Part shown: piece by piece, positions 35,902 through 48,779 of the stretch | Position numbering within the stretch: the first letter of the stretch is position 1 | Layout: every line of letters starts with the position of its first letter | NCBI RefSeq assembly: GCF_035084215.1 | Contig: NC_090347.1 | Location: forward strand, 7,192,001-7,256,000 | Reading direction: 5' to 3' | DNA: 64,000 bases | Origin: Heptranchias perlo | Lineage: Eukaryota | Made by a program: the position numbers and the translations under genes | Notes under the pieces: generated by a model | Database searches by the model: none | The model's input: only the letters and a program-made list of their open reading frames with translations | Told to the model about the DNA's origin: nothing

Positions 35902-37338
35902 TATTTTCAGTTGATCAAGTGTTTTTGTTTTGATCTTGATGCTAAGGTGTATATATAGAATTTAGTAGAATCCTTATTCTGTACATCTCCTGTCATGGGC
36001 ACCAATGTTATGTAGTATATTGTCTGTTATTTCATTTCCCTCTTTGTAATGTGGGGCTGGGGATGTTTTTTCCCTCGTTAATTATTTTTTTCGTCACTCT
36101 TTTCTCTACCATTACCATTCTTCTACTTCGAGCAGCATATTGAGCCAAAACATGTCTGTGATTCTGTAACAAAAGCTACTCAGCTAACATATTAAAAATT
36201 ACTTTTTTTAGTGAAATATAAATTTCCTTTACAGGACACCTCATGTACATGCACACGCACACTCGAAGGCATTTCCTTGAAAGATAAATAAGGTACCTAC
36301 CAGATTTGGTTTGAAAAGGCTGAAGAAATAGTGCAAAAGATGAACTTCAAGAGCAGCTGGTTGGCATCATGCATGATTGGGTATAAAATCCATCAGTAAT
36401 GTTCACATTTCTTACAATGGATGGAAATTTGCACTTACCAATGTTTGATTCCATCATTTGCTAATAGATTGTCAGATTTCATTGCCAATCCTGTCACATA
36501 ACTGGCTTTTAAAAAGCTACTCTGCTTACTTTTTTCAACAGACCCTCTTCTAAGCTTTTTCAAACCTGAATCCTTGGAAGTAATTGCAGATATAGAATGC
36601 TCCCATCATTTGATCCTGTCACATTACAAAAATGAAGATGAAATGCAGTAATGTTTCTTGCACCTTCCTATTATAACTTTCCCACTTGCCCCAGTTTTCT
36701 CCCCTCTTCTCCTCAAGGCATTTATTCCTGATAAATGACATTTTTAAAGATGCATTTATATTCATTTTTAACATTGTGTCCTGCGTGTTTCATTTCTGTA
36801 AATGAATAGAGTTACTTAATTCGGAATCTGACGCTAGCTCGAGTGTGGCATATTGATACTGTCCTCAAAAGTGGCTTGGAGAGACATTAAAGTGCAGTGG
36901 GCGCCAGCAATCTAGAGGGTGAGGTCTCTGTAGGCGTATAAAACCACAAGGCTGCAGCCCCTGGTTCATAGTAGAACACGAGAGCTACTTGCAGGAGGTG
37001 TGAGCGGACTGTTCCACAGGAGAAGGGGTCTAAAACCCTAAGATTACATTGTATTGATGGCAGCAAATTGTAAGAGACACTGTACTTTCACTCATTTTAA
37101 AGTGGTGCTATCAACAATTCCTCTCTGGTCAGCTCTACGGAGCTTGCCTTCAGCTCCATCAGGTACTATTTAGATTCAGTGTGTTCTGAAATGGCTGGGT
37201 CCTTCAGCCATTACGTTCCCCAAATGTAGTCTGATACTGCAAGCCAAATGTCTTGCGAAGATCAGTTGACTGTTTTTAGAGAGTCTTCCAGGGTGTATAT
37301 ATACATTCAGGTAAATTTACTAATTCATTCCCTACAGC

Positions 37339-37396
37339 CCAGCAGAGGGCACTAGTTCTCCAAATGTTGTTATTTCTGTAGGCCAGCAGAGGGCAC
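37339..37396 (+). promoter_or_regulatory. Tandem CTCF-motif pair
   Basis: CCAGCAGAGGGCAC occurs twice (37339 and 37383, 44 bp apart) and matches CCASYAGRKGGCRS fully. Confidence 0.65.
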
Positions 37397-39218
37397 ATGT
37401 GTATCTCCCAAAGTAATGTGGAAAATAAATCTCAAGCATTTCAAGGACGCAGAAGTTTCAAAATGTCTCTCGTTGTTTTCAGCTGAAGGCGCAGCGATTA
37501 ACATTTCAGTTGTATTACATGGGGCAAACTATTTTTTCATTTCAAAATTTTTGATATTTTCTCTCCTCTCCTGAAGGATTGTCTCCTGCTGGGATATGGT
37601 GCCATCGGCACCTTCTGATACCCGTCCCAATTGACTATTCTTTGAGTTACCTAAACCCAAGTAACGGTAGACTGTTTGAACCTAAAAGTGAAAACCAATC
37701 CTGTCTTTGCCTGTTGTCCATATGTGAGTATTTTCCAGCAGGAGTTACTGGATAGTGATCAGGACCCAGGATCCTGACCGATTTTCCCTTTCATAACCCA
37801 GGTTTCACAACCCAGGCAGTCAATTGCAGTACACCAACTGTTGCTTCAGCAGGCTCAGCACAGACCTGGGACCTTCTGCTTTGTATGACTCAGTTACTCG
37901 TTGCCTTAGCTAGCAGAGTCATCAGAGATGGTAGCAAATTAATGCCACTAACAGAAGACACAATTTTGTTTTCTCCACAATTTGCTCTTCCACTCGCTTG
38001 AAGGTGCTGACTGATATGTACAGTTCAATGAGTGCCAGCAAACCTCCAGTACCTTGCTCAAGTGCCCATTCTCCACACTTGGGCCCTTAGAGTCGGTGTC
38101 AACAGGCCTATTCAACTGTGGGAGGCACAACAGCCAAACCCCCAGCCTATCTTTACCCGATACCCATACACCCACAAGAGACACTGGATAACAATCAGGA
38201 GCTGGCTGATATTAACTCTTTCTAAGCCAGGGAAACTAAAGTAAGATCTGGTGACCTAGTCCACCTCTTTAATATTTTTCTTCAAGTGTTTATCTAATTC
38301 TCTCTCAAATGTTGTGGTTGACTCATTTCCAACAGCCACTTGTGGTAAGGCATTTCATATCCTAATAGCTCTTTGTATAACAAAAATTCTTTCCCATTAT
38401 GCTTCTCAAACTCATCCTGAGTTTACACCCCCTGTTATCAGTTGGCCAATGGAAATAACCTTTCACTCATATTAGATCCCCCTTAAACTTCTCTGCTTCA
38501 ATGACTGCATTCCTAGTTTTTTTTTAAGTCTCTCATCATAACTATATGAGGAGGGAAGGTAGGCAATTAGAAAAAAATAGAGGAAAGAAAGGAATTATAT
38601 CTATAATTGAAACATATGGAATTGTAGAATCTCAGGTTCTATGAAATTTTCATTAATGTTGTGAAAAGATAAAAATTTGATCTACATAATTTCAGCGTTT
38701 GTAAATGAAATTTTCTTCTATTTCCAAAGAAAATAAATTATTTTTATTTCTATGGACATTATAGGCACCCCACTCTTGATAATACAATGCATGCAAACAA
38801 TGACTTTTTAGTGAGGGTTGAAATCGTGTCCTTTCTCCTCTTGTTAACCACCTCTATGCCTCCACCAGCAATTATGGAGAAGTGCCTATTCCTTCCTCAC
38901 AGAAGCAGGTCTGAATTTAGGAACATGGTGGCATGTGGAGGATTTAAATTGCGTTCTTTACTGCCACAGTGGCAGACACTGTGATCCAATATGCTCAGGC
39001 AAGGAACGCTGACATTTTGGATCAATGGCTGGATTTGTCTGAGAACTAGGTGGTTGGCCGTATATGATTAATTCTGCCTGCCTCAAAAGCAATTTAATCA
39101 CCTCATCCAACTCCCAGCCTATTTACATTCCATGGAGCATGCAATTTTCATCACGTAAGGGGAGCAGTAAAATATTTTGGTGCATTAATTATGTAGAAAT
39201 ACACTTGTCTTTGGCAAC

Positions 39219-40250
39219 CATAGAATCATAGAAGGTTACAGCACGGAAGGAAGCCATTCGGCCCATCGAGTCCGCGCCGGCTCTATGCAAGAGCGATCCA
39301 GCTAGTCCCACTGCCCCGCCCTATCCCCGTAGCCCTGCACATTTTTTCGTTTCAAGTATTTATCCAGTTCCCCTTTGAAGGCCATGATTGAATCTGCCTC
39401 CACCACTCCCTAGAATCATTCTAATAAATCTCTTCTGCGCTCTAGGAAGGATGTGAAGACCTTAGACAAAGTGCGGTGCCCAGAACTGGACACAATACTC
39501 CAGTTGTGGCCGAACCAATGTTTTATAAAGGTTCATCATAACTTCCTTGCTTTTGTACTTTCTGCCTCTATTTATAAAGCCCAGGATCCCGTATGCTTTT
39601 TTTTAAACTGCTTTCTCAACCTGCCCTGCCACCTTCAACGATTTATGCACATACACCCCCAGATCCCACCCCTTTTAGAATTGTGCCCTCTAGTTTATTT
39701 TGCCTCTCCTCATTTTTCCTACCAAATTGCATCACCTCGCATTTTTCCGCATTAAACTTCATCTACCACATGTCCGCCCATGTCACCAGCCTGTCTATAT
39801 CCTCTTGAAGTCTATCGCTATCCTCCTCACTGTTCACTACCCTTCCAAGTTTTATGTCATCTGCAAATTTTGAAATCATGCCCTGTACTCCCAAGTACAA
39901 GTCATTAATATATATCAAGAAAAGCAGTGGTCCCAGCACTGACCCCTGGGGAAAACCACTGCACACCCCCTCCAGTCCGAAAAACAACCGCTCACCACTA
40001 CTCTCTGTTTCCTGTCATTTAGTTAATTCTGTATCCATGTTGCTATTGTCCCCTTTATTCCATGGGCCGCAATCTTAATAGCAAGCCTATCATGTGGCAC
40101 TTTATCAAACACTTTTTGAAAATCCATATACACCACATCAACTGCATTGCCCTCATCTACCTCATCAAAAAACTCTATCAAGTTGGTTAAACATGATTTG
40201 CCTTTAACAATCCACACTCGTCCAAGTGACTGTTAATTCTGTCCCAGATT
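39219..40250 (-). mobile_element. CR1 LINE with internal deletion and micro-inversion
   Basis: [25 protein letters not shown]; [24 protein letters not shown]. 3' UTR shared with the 48780 copy. Confidence 0.9.
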
Positions 40251-41707
40251 AACGTTTCCAAAATGCTGAAGGATTTGGTAATACTAGGGGCCGTGGCAGT
40301 GCTGAGGGAATTGGCAATGCTGAGGGATTTGGCGAAACTTGCTACCCAAAAATCACTGACTGAAAGGGTTAATAATTTGCCACCCACTTAAATAAATATT
40401 GGTCTCTGTAAGTTGGTGCAGTGGAGCCTTAATGTGTTGGACCACAGATTAATAGTGCATGGGCTCGTGCCCATTATTTCCCTACATGGTGAGTCACAGA
40501 GCGCAACCATTCCATTGGGGGGAGGCATCAAATGAAGGTCAGGGCTCCACAGAAAGAGTCACTGGGCTCTCTCTTGCATACTTCCTAGTGATCATTTTTA
40601 GAGCAGTATTGACAGAAGTCTGAGCCCAGGTCATCTGCTCACTCTCAGTTGAGGATGGTGCATGGCACAAGGATATTGGAGAATGGGGGAAAAATACCTT
40701 AAAAGATGGTGAAATTTCCCTCGAAACAAAACCAAATGGACAATATTGCTAAAAGTACCGTGCTAATCTCTGGGATGATTGTAAACCATTTGAATGTGCA
40801 AAGAAATTCATATTTTTGCAGAATAAACAATCTTCCAAGTGTCCAAATTGCTGCACAGCAAGAGAGACAGCAACAGACAGGGACTGCTGTCAACATGGAT
40901 TGAAATGCAGAGCATGAATTGGACAAAAAATTAACTATTAAACAGCAAAATGAACTGGTACTAAAAGCAGTCACCAGAACAAGATCAAAACATTGCAGAA
41001 TGCCTGTATTACAAAAAGGTCGTCGATGTGTGACTCACAGTAACAGGGAATCTGAGTAGAAAAGAGGATTGAAAATTTATCATAGCAAATTGAAAAGAAT
41101 AAGAATAATGGGCTATTAATGATACTGGGAGAGACAATTCATGAGAGACTCAGAGTCTCCGTCTCAGAGTGGGAGTTAGAATGGACTGATTGAGAGAAAA
41201 GGGAGATGCAGTGAGGCATGGCGATTATTGTGGGAGAGCACTAGAGGAGGGCAGATTGTGAGATCAGAAAGAGACTGAGCTGGGGAATTTGCTGCATGGA
41301 GACAAGCAGATTGTTTGTAAGACTTGTCACTTGTAAACAAATTTTAAAAGAGAGTCCAGGGTGGCTTGATAGTTCTTGGTTTTATTGACATGAGAGTATT
41401 AGGACAGAGATTTATATTAATGATTCCCCACGTGATTAGTTGTCTTTCTTTGCCAGGTCGGAAAGAAGATGCTGAATGAACATTCTATTTCCCCATAGAG
41501 AAGAAGGGAATATAGTTGCACAAGCAACCTTGATCCACACTTATTCTTGCCCTTCTAGCAGGCAGCATAGCATAGATAGAGGACCAGGAGCAGCTCTCCA
41601 CCCTGCCCTCTTGGCCACAGCAAAGAGGGGAACCCTAAAACAGGAGCAAAATCATTTTTTAAAAAGGCAAGAATATTCTGTTTGCTAATTTTAACACTGG
41701 TATGACA

Positions 41708-41723
41708 CCAGTAGGAGGCACTA
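41708..41723 (+). promoter_or_regulatory. Candidate CTCF motif
   Basis: CCAGTAGGAGGCACTA, one mismatch to the core consensus. Confidence 0.45.
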
Positions 41724-42884
41724 ATGGACTATTTGTCCATGCTGAACACTGCTCTGAGGATTGCTCCTATTCAAAAAAGGAAATTAGCAAAAAATAAAAA
41801 CAAAATGATTTTTGCTTGTTAAGGCCTTTTTAAAGGTCAATAATGAGAAAGTTGTGCAGCACTGGGCAAGGAGCGATTTAAAGGAAAAGTGAGCATTGAA
41901 CTCCAGGTCACACCTGGTGGCAGCTAAATAAAGAGAAAGATTTCAAAGTAAAGTTACCAAGTCCTGACAGAAGTACAGAGGAGTTTTCTGGCATAGTATT
42001 TATCAGATGTTTTTTAGTGCGACTGGAGGTGAGGGTGGTCAGGAATGCAGAGGGTTCAGGAGGTGCATGATTCAGAAAACAAACCACCCCAAGGTTTGGA
42101 TCTGAGCATGATGGAGGAACAGTGCACGTTGAACCCAAAGCTCACTGGGGAGGCCGTGACTTGGATGTGATTGATAATCAACCATCCACACTGCACTATC
42201 CTCAACCATTATGCCACGCAATCCTTCTAGGCACCTACAGGAGATGTCACAAAAATCTGTTATACCCAGAGGGGTGAATTGGATGGATTGAATGGCCTTT
42301 TCTCATTCCTATTTTCTTATGTTCAAAAGAGTTCATTGTGAACAATATTTTTTCCAGCAACATTGTTAGTGCGCTATGTGTGAGCTGTTTTAAAGTTTTC
42401 TGTTAGTCTAAATCGAAAGAGTTACAACAATAGATAAAAGTTGGTTAGGACATGTGACTTTTAAAAAAGAAATAAACTCTGGTGTCCCTCAATCTGCATG
42501 GACAATTAGTGCCACTGAAAGTTATTATAGGTCAGATCCCCTGGAAAGTTGTTCGGCTATCTTTTGAATTTTCTTCCAAGAGTTATGTGATAAGATGATG
42601 TCATCTGCTTATGTCAACATCTGCCTGTGAACATATCATAACGAGAAAATAAGACTCAGCTTTTCCAGCAGTATGTCAGAAAGAAGTGACTCAAATTCAC
42701 TTCCCTAAAATGCTGATATTTCTCCTTTAAATCATAATTTTAGTAAACAAGTTTTGTTGCTTTGAACAGTAATTTTGTGTTTTTAATACACATTATGTTA
42801 TGACTCACTTTATTGTCAATTAAAAAGAAATATACAGCATTGAGTTTAGCATAACTTTCTTGCTTTTGTACTCTGTGCCTCTAT

Positions 42885-43163
42885 CCTCGATTTTCATCGC
42901 ACCCCCATTGGTGGCCATGCCTTCAGCTGCCTAGGTCCTAAGCTCTGGATTTCCATCCCTAAACCTCTCCACCTCTCTACCTCTCTCTCCTCCTTTAAGA
43001 CGCTCCTTAAAACATACCTCTTTGCCCAGGCTTTTGATCTCCTGTCCTAATATCTCCTTATGTGGCTTGGTGTCAAATTTTGTTTGATGACGCTCCTGTG
43101 AAGCACCTTGGGATATTTTACTACATTAAAGGAAATATATAAATGCAAGTTGTTGTTGTTGTT
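42885..43163 (+). mobile_element. L2 LINE 3' end with (GTT)n tail
   Basis: cctttaagacgctccttaaaac...tatataaatgcaagttgttgttgttgtt. Confidence 0.75.
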
Positions 43164-43830
43164 ATAAAGCCAAGGATCCCAAATCCTGAGGACAAATAAA
43201 AATGGAAACATATACAGTAACATTAAAACAAAGATTTCAGAATAAGATATTAATCCAGGTCAATCTATGTTATTATTTGCCTTTAAACAAGATCTTTGGC
43301 TGCTGCACATCACCATCAGGGAAAAAGGAGAGAAATCTGTCTCGCTTTTTTGATTATTCATGGTGATGCCTTACTGGAAAAATGTGCCTAGTCTTTTTTT
43401 GCAGTTTAAAGGCTTTCTGCTGTCATACATAGTTTAAAACGTTAACAAAACTAATTGTATCAGTCATAACATCATTTTTTTGTGCATAACACATTTTTGC
43501 TGGTTTAGATATTCTGCCCATCCCCCAAAGGCAAGAAGAGAATTGTTCCAATGATTGTATTGCTGTTCTCACCCTCTATCTCCAGTGGCTGTGGATCTCA
43601 ACATATGGAAATTATTATTTATTTGTCGTATATATTTTTATATAACATATAAATGATTGTCATGATTGAAACATACTGTTACACACAGAGTTTGCCATTT
43701 TCTAAAAAGGCAAAAACATTTTTAAGACTGTCAAAATTTATAAACCTTGATGACAACCTAACTATATCTAGTGTTACTAAAGCAAGTAGGTAAATAATAC
43801 AATTAATTGGTGTAATGCTACAAGTTATAT

Positions 43831-44245
43831 GGTCAGCTTGGCTCAGTGGTAGCACTCTTGTCTCTAAGTTAGAAGATCATGAGTTCAAGACCCACTTCAG
43901 AACTTAAGCATAAAATTTAGACTGACACATCAATGTGGAACCAAGGGGGTGCTGCTGCATTGTTGGAGATGCTGTCTTTCAGATGAGATGTTAAATTGAG
44001 GCCCTGTCTGCTTGCTTTAATTGATATAAAAATTCCATGGCACTAATGGAAGAAAAGGGGATTTTCTCCTGGTGTCCAGGACAATAGAACTGAATCGGAG
44101 TAACTGCATTTTCTCTCATTGCTGTTCGAGGGAATTGGCTGTTGAGTTTGCCTATATCACAGTGCCTACATTTCAAAAGGGAATCCATTGGTCGTAAAGT
44201 GCTTTGAGATGTGAACGGTGCTATATAAATGCAAATTCTTTCTTT
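43831..44245 (+). mobile_element. Full-length DeuSINE (SacSINE1-like)
   Basis: tRNA-like head ggctcagtggtagcactc...gagttcaagaccc, central Deu-like body, L2-type tail gtgctatataaatgcaaattctttcttt. Confidence 0.8.
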
Positions 44246-44800
44246 ACAATACTGCTACCAAATATATAGCATTTAAAATATTGAAAGCACTACCTGCGTG
44301 GTGAGTTTAATTTCACTCCAATTTTTTCCACATATCCTACTTTCTGGAAAGTGGCAACTCATACTGGAGTACGGTTCCGTGGGTGCTGTTGGCTTGCTAG
44401 TATCTTGCCCAAATGGCTATTCTTCATGCGTAAACCTGGAATAGTGAGTTTTGGTAGCCCATATGATGCTGTGGCAATCACAGCATTGCCTGATTCTGTC
44501 CTCACCTAAGATCCATGCACCAACACACACTGTCCAACAAGGATTTCTGGAAAGTAAACGAGCAGAAACCGTAGACAATTTTTCCTTATGCTAGTTTAAA
44601 CACTGTAGCCAAACATAGCATTCCCACTGCTACTTGGCTGAAATTGGTTAGCTTACCACAAACCAGGGAATTAATCTGTATCCTTCCTGGTGTTTATGAC
44701 TTAGCACCCCACCATATGTTCTATTTACGCACTGAGCCATTGAGGATTCTAATTTGACAAGATTCTGAGAAGGCCGGTTTGTTCGTTCTAAATTTTAAGG

Positions 44801-45103
44801 CTGTGGTTTTCTGCGTGGTGGCACCCCTGCAAATATTAACACACTTTTGGGGACGCCCTGCAAACAACGACATGCTTCTGAGAAGCCCCTGTCCTAGTTT
44901 TAGAAAGATCGTATCAGCTACACAACGAAAACATGTTTTATTGGTTTTTAACAACAGAAATAATTTACAAATAAGGTGGCAACTACAGAAAAATTCAAAA
45001 ATCTAATGACAGATGGGCATAAATCTGATAACCTTGAGGACTCCTGAGACCCTCTTACAAAACCCCTCCCAGGGGGCCAGGGACCCCAGTTTAAAAACCT
45101 ATA
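44801..45103. mobile_element. Degenerate hAT-Charlie-like MITE
   Basis: Ends ctgtggttttc / cagtttaaaaacctata. 8-bp flanks ttttaagg/ttttaaga (7/8). Confidence 0.5.
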
Positions 45104-46434
45104 TTTTAAGAAATGACTGCAGTTTGACTAAGTTGAGGCAGTGTGCAATCAACTTTACCTAACTAAAACCTTTTGTTTGTGTAGCTTGCCCTAAATTAAT
45201 AACTTTAAACTGCCACCAGCCTTTAAAAGCTAAACATATCTATACGATTACTTTAATTTTTACAGTAAATTATCGGTGAGTAAATATATACCAATATGAA
45301 TAATCCAGTATATATGTATTTTACTTAATTGCTTTACCCAGCATATATTTTCCAATATATTTTAATTTATTTTATAACAACCTTCAATACAGTAAACTAT
45401 ATATATTTAATTTGCTTTACTCATAAAAATAATGTCATTGTAAAAAATTGCTTTACTTATACTGATAATATACAAAAACTTGTCATTTATTTCATTTCAT
45501 TGTAATATTTTATATCCACAGATTACCTTTTTTAGTTAATTGTCAGTGTTAATTGACTGTAAAATAAGTTTTATTTCTTTTTAATAATATTACTTTGCAT
45601 CTATAGATTATATATGTACATTTTGTAGTAATATTCGCGCCATATAAATGCTAGTTGTTATATCAATGATGGTAATTTAGTATAAATCTAGATTATTAGT
45701 CTATTTCATTTTCAATCACCTATTTTATATCGATAGATCATTTGCATTTTTTAAACTGAATAATCGATATAATAAAGTATTGGTAATTTAACAGATATTG
45801 CTGGGTCACGTTTTGATGCTCGGAAATTGCCTGTGAAGGAGTTTGGTGTTGGGTGAAGTTTTTTTTCTGTGTGTGTGTTTAGACCCCCTTTTATAAGAAG
45901 GGGGGGGTGTTAGGGTGTGTTTTATTTTTTAAAAAACAAAATCAAAATCAAATAATAAACAAGGTCAAATAATAATTTTATTATATTGATCGAGGATATG
46001 CTCCAGTTCCTGCGGTGCCCAACGGTCGCGGAGAGCTGGGTGAAGTTTTGGTGCTGGTTTGCAGAGTGCCTTGTCCCTGTGATCCAAGCAGGAGGAGCTG
46101 TAGACTGTGAAGAGGGTGGGAGCTCTGGGATGATGTCAGCAAGTGCGCTGCTGTGCTCTTCAGTCAAGTAGCCCTGAGATCAGGACTTAAGACCAAGGAA
46201 GGGAGAGGAGAGAGGAAAGCGGTGGCTTCAAGCCTAAAAAATACCGTCAACGACTTATTTTTTTGTTGAAAAATAATCTTCAATCCCTCATCATTTATTA
46301 TTTTTTTTTTGTGTGAGGATTTACTGTGGGTGGAAATACGCTTGGCACAAGGAAGAAACAAGAACAACAATTAATCGACTTACTGTTGATTTGAATATAG
46401 CCTTCAGTAATTATTTAATCTATATACCTCGACA

Positions 46435-46700
46435 AGAGAGAGAGAGGGAAAAGGAGACCAACCCTGAGATGTGAAGAGAGAGAGAGAGAGAGGGGGAAAA
46501 GAAAAAGTCTGGTTCTACTGACTGGGAGTTTGAGGCAGACGGAAAAAAAAACCCATAAGAAAAGTAAAAAGTTTTTTTAAAAAAATATTTTTTTGGCCAA
46601 TTCGAAAAGAAAAGTTGTTTTTTAAAAAATTTCATGAGGTAAATGGTATTTATTTTTTTATTTTGATTGAGTTTTTTCCCTCTCTCTCTCTCTCTCTCTG
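46435..46700. repeat. (GA)n and (TC)n microsatellites in SMURF2 5' region
   Basis: GA runs at ~46435-46492 and a TC run at 46680-46699. Confidence 0.8.
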
Positions 46701-46846
46701 GTTGTCGAGTGTGTGCTATGCACATCCGGGCCATCGGGCTCGAGGAGGCCATCATTGTTCGCTCGGGGAAAGGGGGGAAAAGCGGCCGCTCGCAGGGAGA
46801 CGTTAGCAGCGGGAATTAAAACTTTACACAATAAAACACTCGGAAC

Positions 46847-46898
46847 ATGTCTAACCAAGGGGCCAGGAGGAACGGGCCAGTCAAGTTACGTCTAACAG
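46847..46898 (+). CDS. SMURF2: E3 ubiquitin ligase SMURF2, first coding exon
   Basis: MSNQGARRNGPVKLRLT G|gtaaga, 52 bp, phase 1. Matches the SMURF2 N-terminus MSNPGGRRNGPVKLRLTV (SMURF1 has RRNGSSIKIRLTV). Exon 2 not found in the window. Confidence 0.92.
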
Positions 46899-47793
46899 GT
46901 AAGAGGCTATGTGAATTACACACACACACATGTATTATAAGATCTGGTGTTTCTTTAAATGGATCCTTCCTTTCCCTTCCTTTTTTTTTACCCCTTTTTA
47001 TTATTTGTGAATGGAGAGCTTGTTTGTAGGAGTTTTTCCTTACCTGAGCGGCAAAATAACAAGCCAGGTTATTTTTGCACTTTTTCTTTTATAACCAAAA
47101 GTGGTTAAACTTGAATGAGTTTTTATTGATCATTTCTCATTTTCTGTCTGTGTGCCTTTGAAATTATTGATCATTTTGATTTTTTTTTGGTGAGGGAGGA
47201 AGGAAGGTTGGGGTGGGTGAAGAAAGGTTGTGTCTTTAAGAAATTCGGAAATTCCTGTTTGTGTTGTAGATTTCGGTGCTAGTAATACGTCTTAGGCCCG
47301 GCAAAGTAAACTCTTGGTGTTCAGGCTATTTCTGCGACATGGCTTTCAAACAACCTTCCTGTTTTTTCCCCTTGATTATGGAATGTGTATAATTGGAAAA
47401 GAGTGTGCGTTTAAGAGTTCACTGGATTTTGTTAATCCAGTCGTATTTATATTCCCACCCTTCGAAAGAAGTACAACAGCAAACTTGGCAACAATTCAAA
47501 GTTTATTTTTGTTGCCTTGTGTTATTACTGCACCATGTTTATATTTTTGTTTGATGTCCATGGGACTTCCACAATCAAAATGTGATTGCATTATTTTAGA
47601 CTGGTACTTAGTTTCTGGAAAATTTGTGGCAAAATAGCCACCTCTCAATTTGTGTTTTTTCAGTAAGAACAGTGGGTCAGATAATGTTTCAAAATTGGAA
47701 ATTAAAGCTGAAATATATTCAATTTTTAAAAGCTTATTGAAAGTATAGTAGCACGCTTATGCTTTTGAGAGCATTTTCATTATCTGATGCTGT

Positions 47794-48402
47794 GTGCCAG
47801 CTTGGCTCAGTGATAGCACTCTCACCTCTGAGTAAGAAGGTTGTGGCCTCAAGCTCCATTACAGACTTGTGCATGTAATTGCAGATTGTCTGGTCTTTCA
47901 TTTTCTATTTGTGGGGCCCTGCTGCACTAACAGTAATTGCACTTCAAAAAAAACTTGCATTTATATAGTGCCTTTTTTGTCCTTAGGACATTCCAAAGTG
48001 CTTCACAGCCAACAAAGTACTTTTGAAATGTAGTCACTGTTATAATGTAGGGAAACCCAGCAGCCAATTTGTGCACACCAAGGTCTCAGAAACAGCAATG
48101 AGATAAATGATCAGATAATCTGTTTTTGGTGGTGTTGGTTGAAGGGTAAATGGTGGTCAGGACACAGGGAGAACTCACCTGCTCTTCTTCAACTATGGGA
48201 TCTTTTATGTCCACCTGAGAGGCCACGCAGGACCTTGATTTAACTTCTTTTCCAAAAGATTGTACCTCTGACAGTGCAGCACTCCCCCAGTTCTGCACTG
48301 AAATGTTGGCCAAGATTATGTGCTCACGTCTCCAAATTGGGGCTTGAACCCATGACCTTCTGACTCGGGCAAGAATGCTACTACTGAGCCAAGGCTGACG
48401 CC
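47794..48402. mobile_element. Two DeuSINEs tail-to-tail (deleted + copy ~47794-47950, full - copy ~47950-48402)
   Basis: Head gccagcttggctcagtgatagcact on +; ctactgagccaaggctgac (reverse head) at ~48380-48400. Confidence 0.75.
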
Positions 48403-48779
48403 TAAGAGTAATACTTTAGTTGTAAATTGCTTTGGGGCATCCTGATGATGAATGAGTTTTTTTTCTTGAATTCTTTTTAAAAAAAGTGAACATTTTAAAA
48501 GAAGTACGGAGTGGTAGGATGTTAAGTCTCTCTTTTGTGTTCCTGATCTCAGTCAGCTTGTTCAGAAATGGCATTGGCAGAAGCATGGGAAGGTTTTTCT
48601 GAACCACACTTTCTATCTAAGAATGATGTGTGTTAATGGGAGGGACTGTAGAAGGAATATTGAAGGGAAATGAAAGTGGGAGGAGAAGCTGAAAATTTAC
48701 GACTGATTGTCCAGTTAGATTTACAGTATGATTTCTAGGCATGTATCATTACACTTTAGGCTAAATAAGGAGACCTTAA

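Noticed and set aside
43831-43900. Additional tRNA genes (also ~47800, ~48380, ~56950)
   Set aside because: tRNA-derived SINE heads without a complete cloverleaf.
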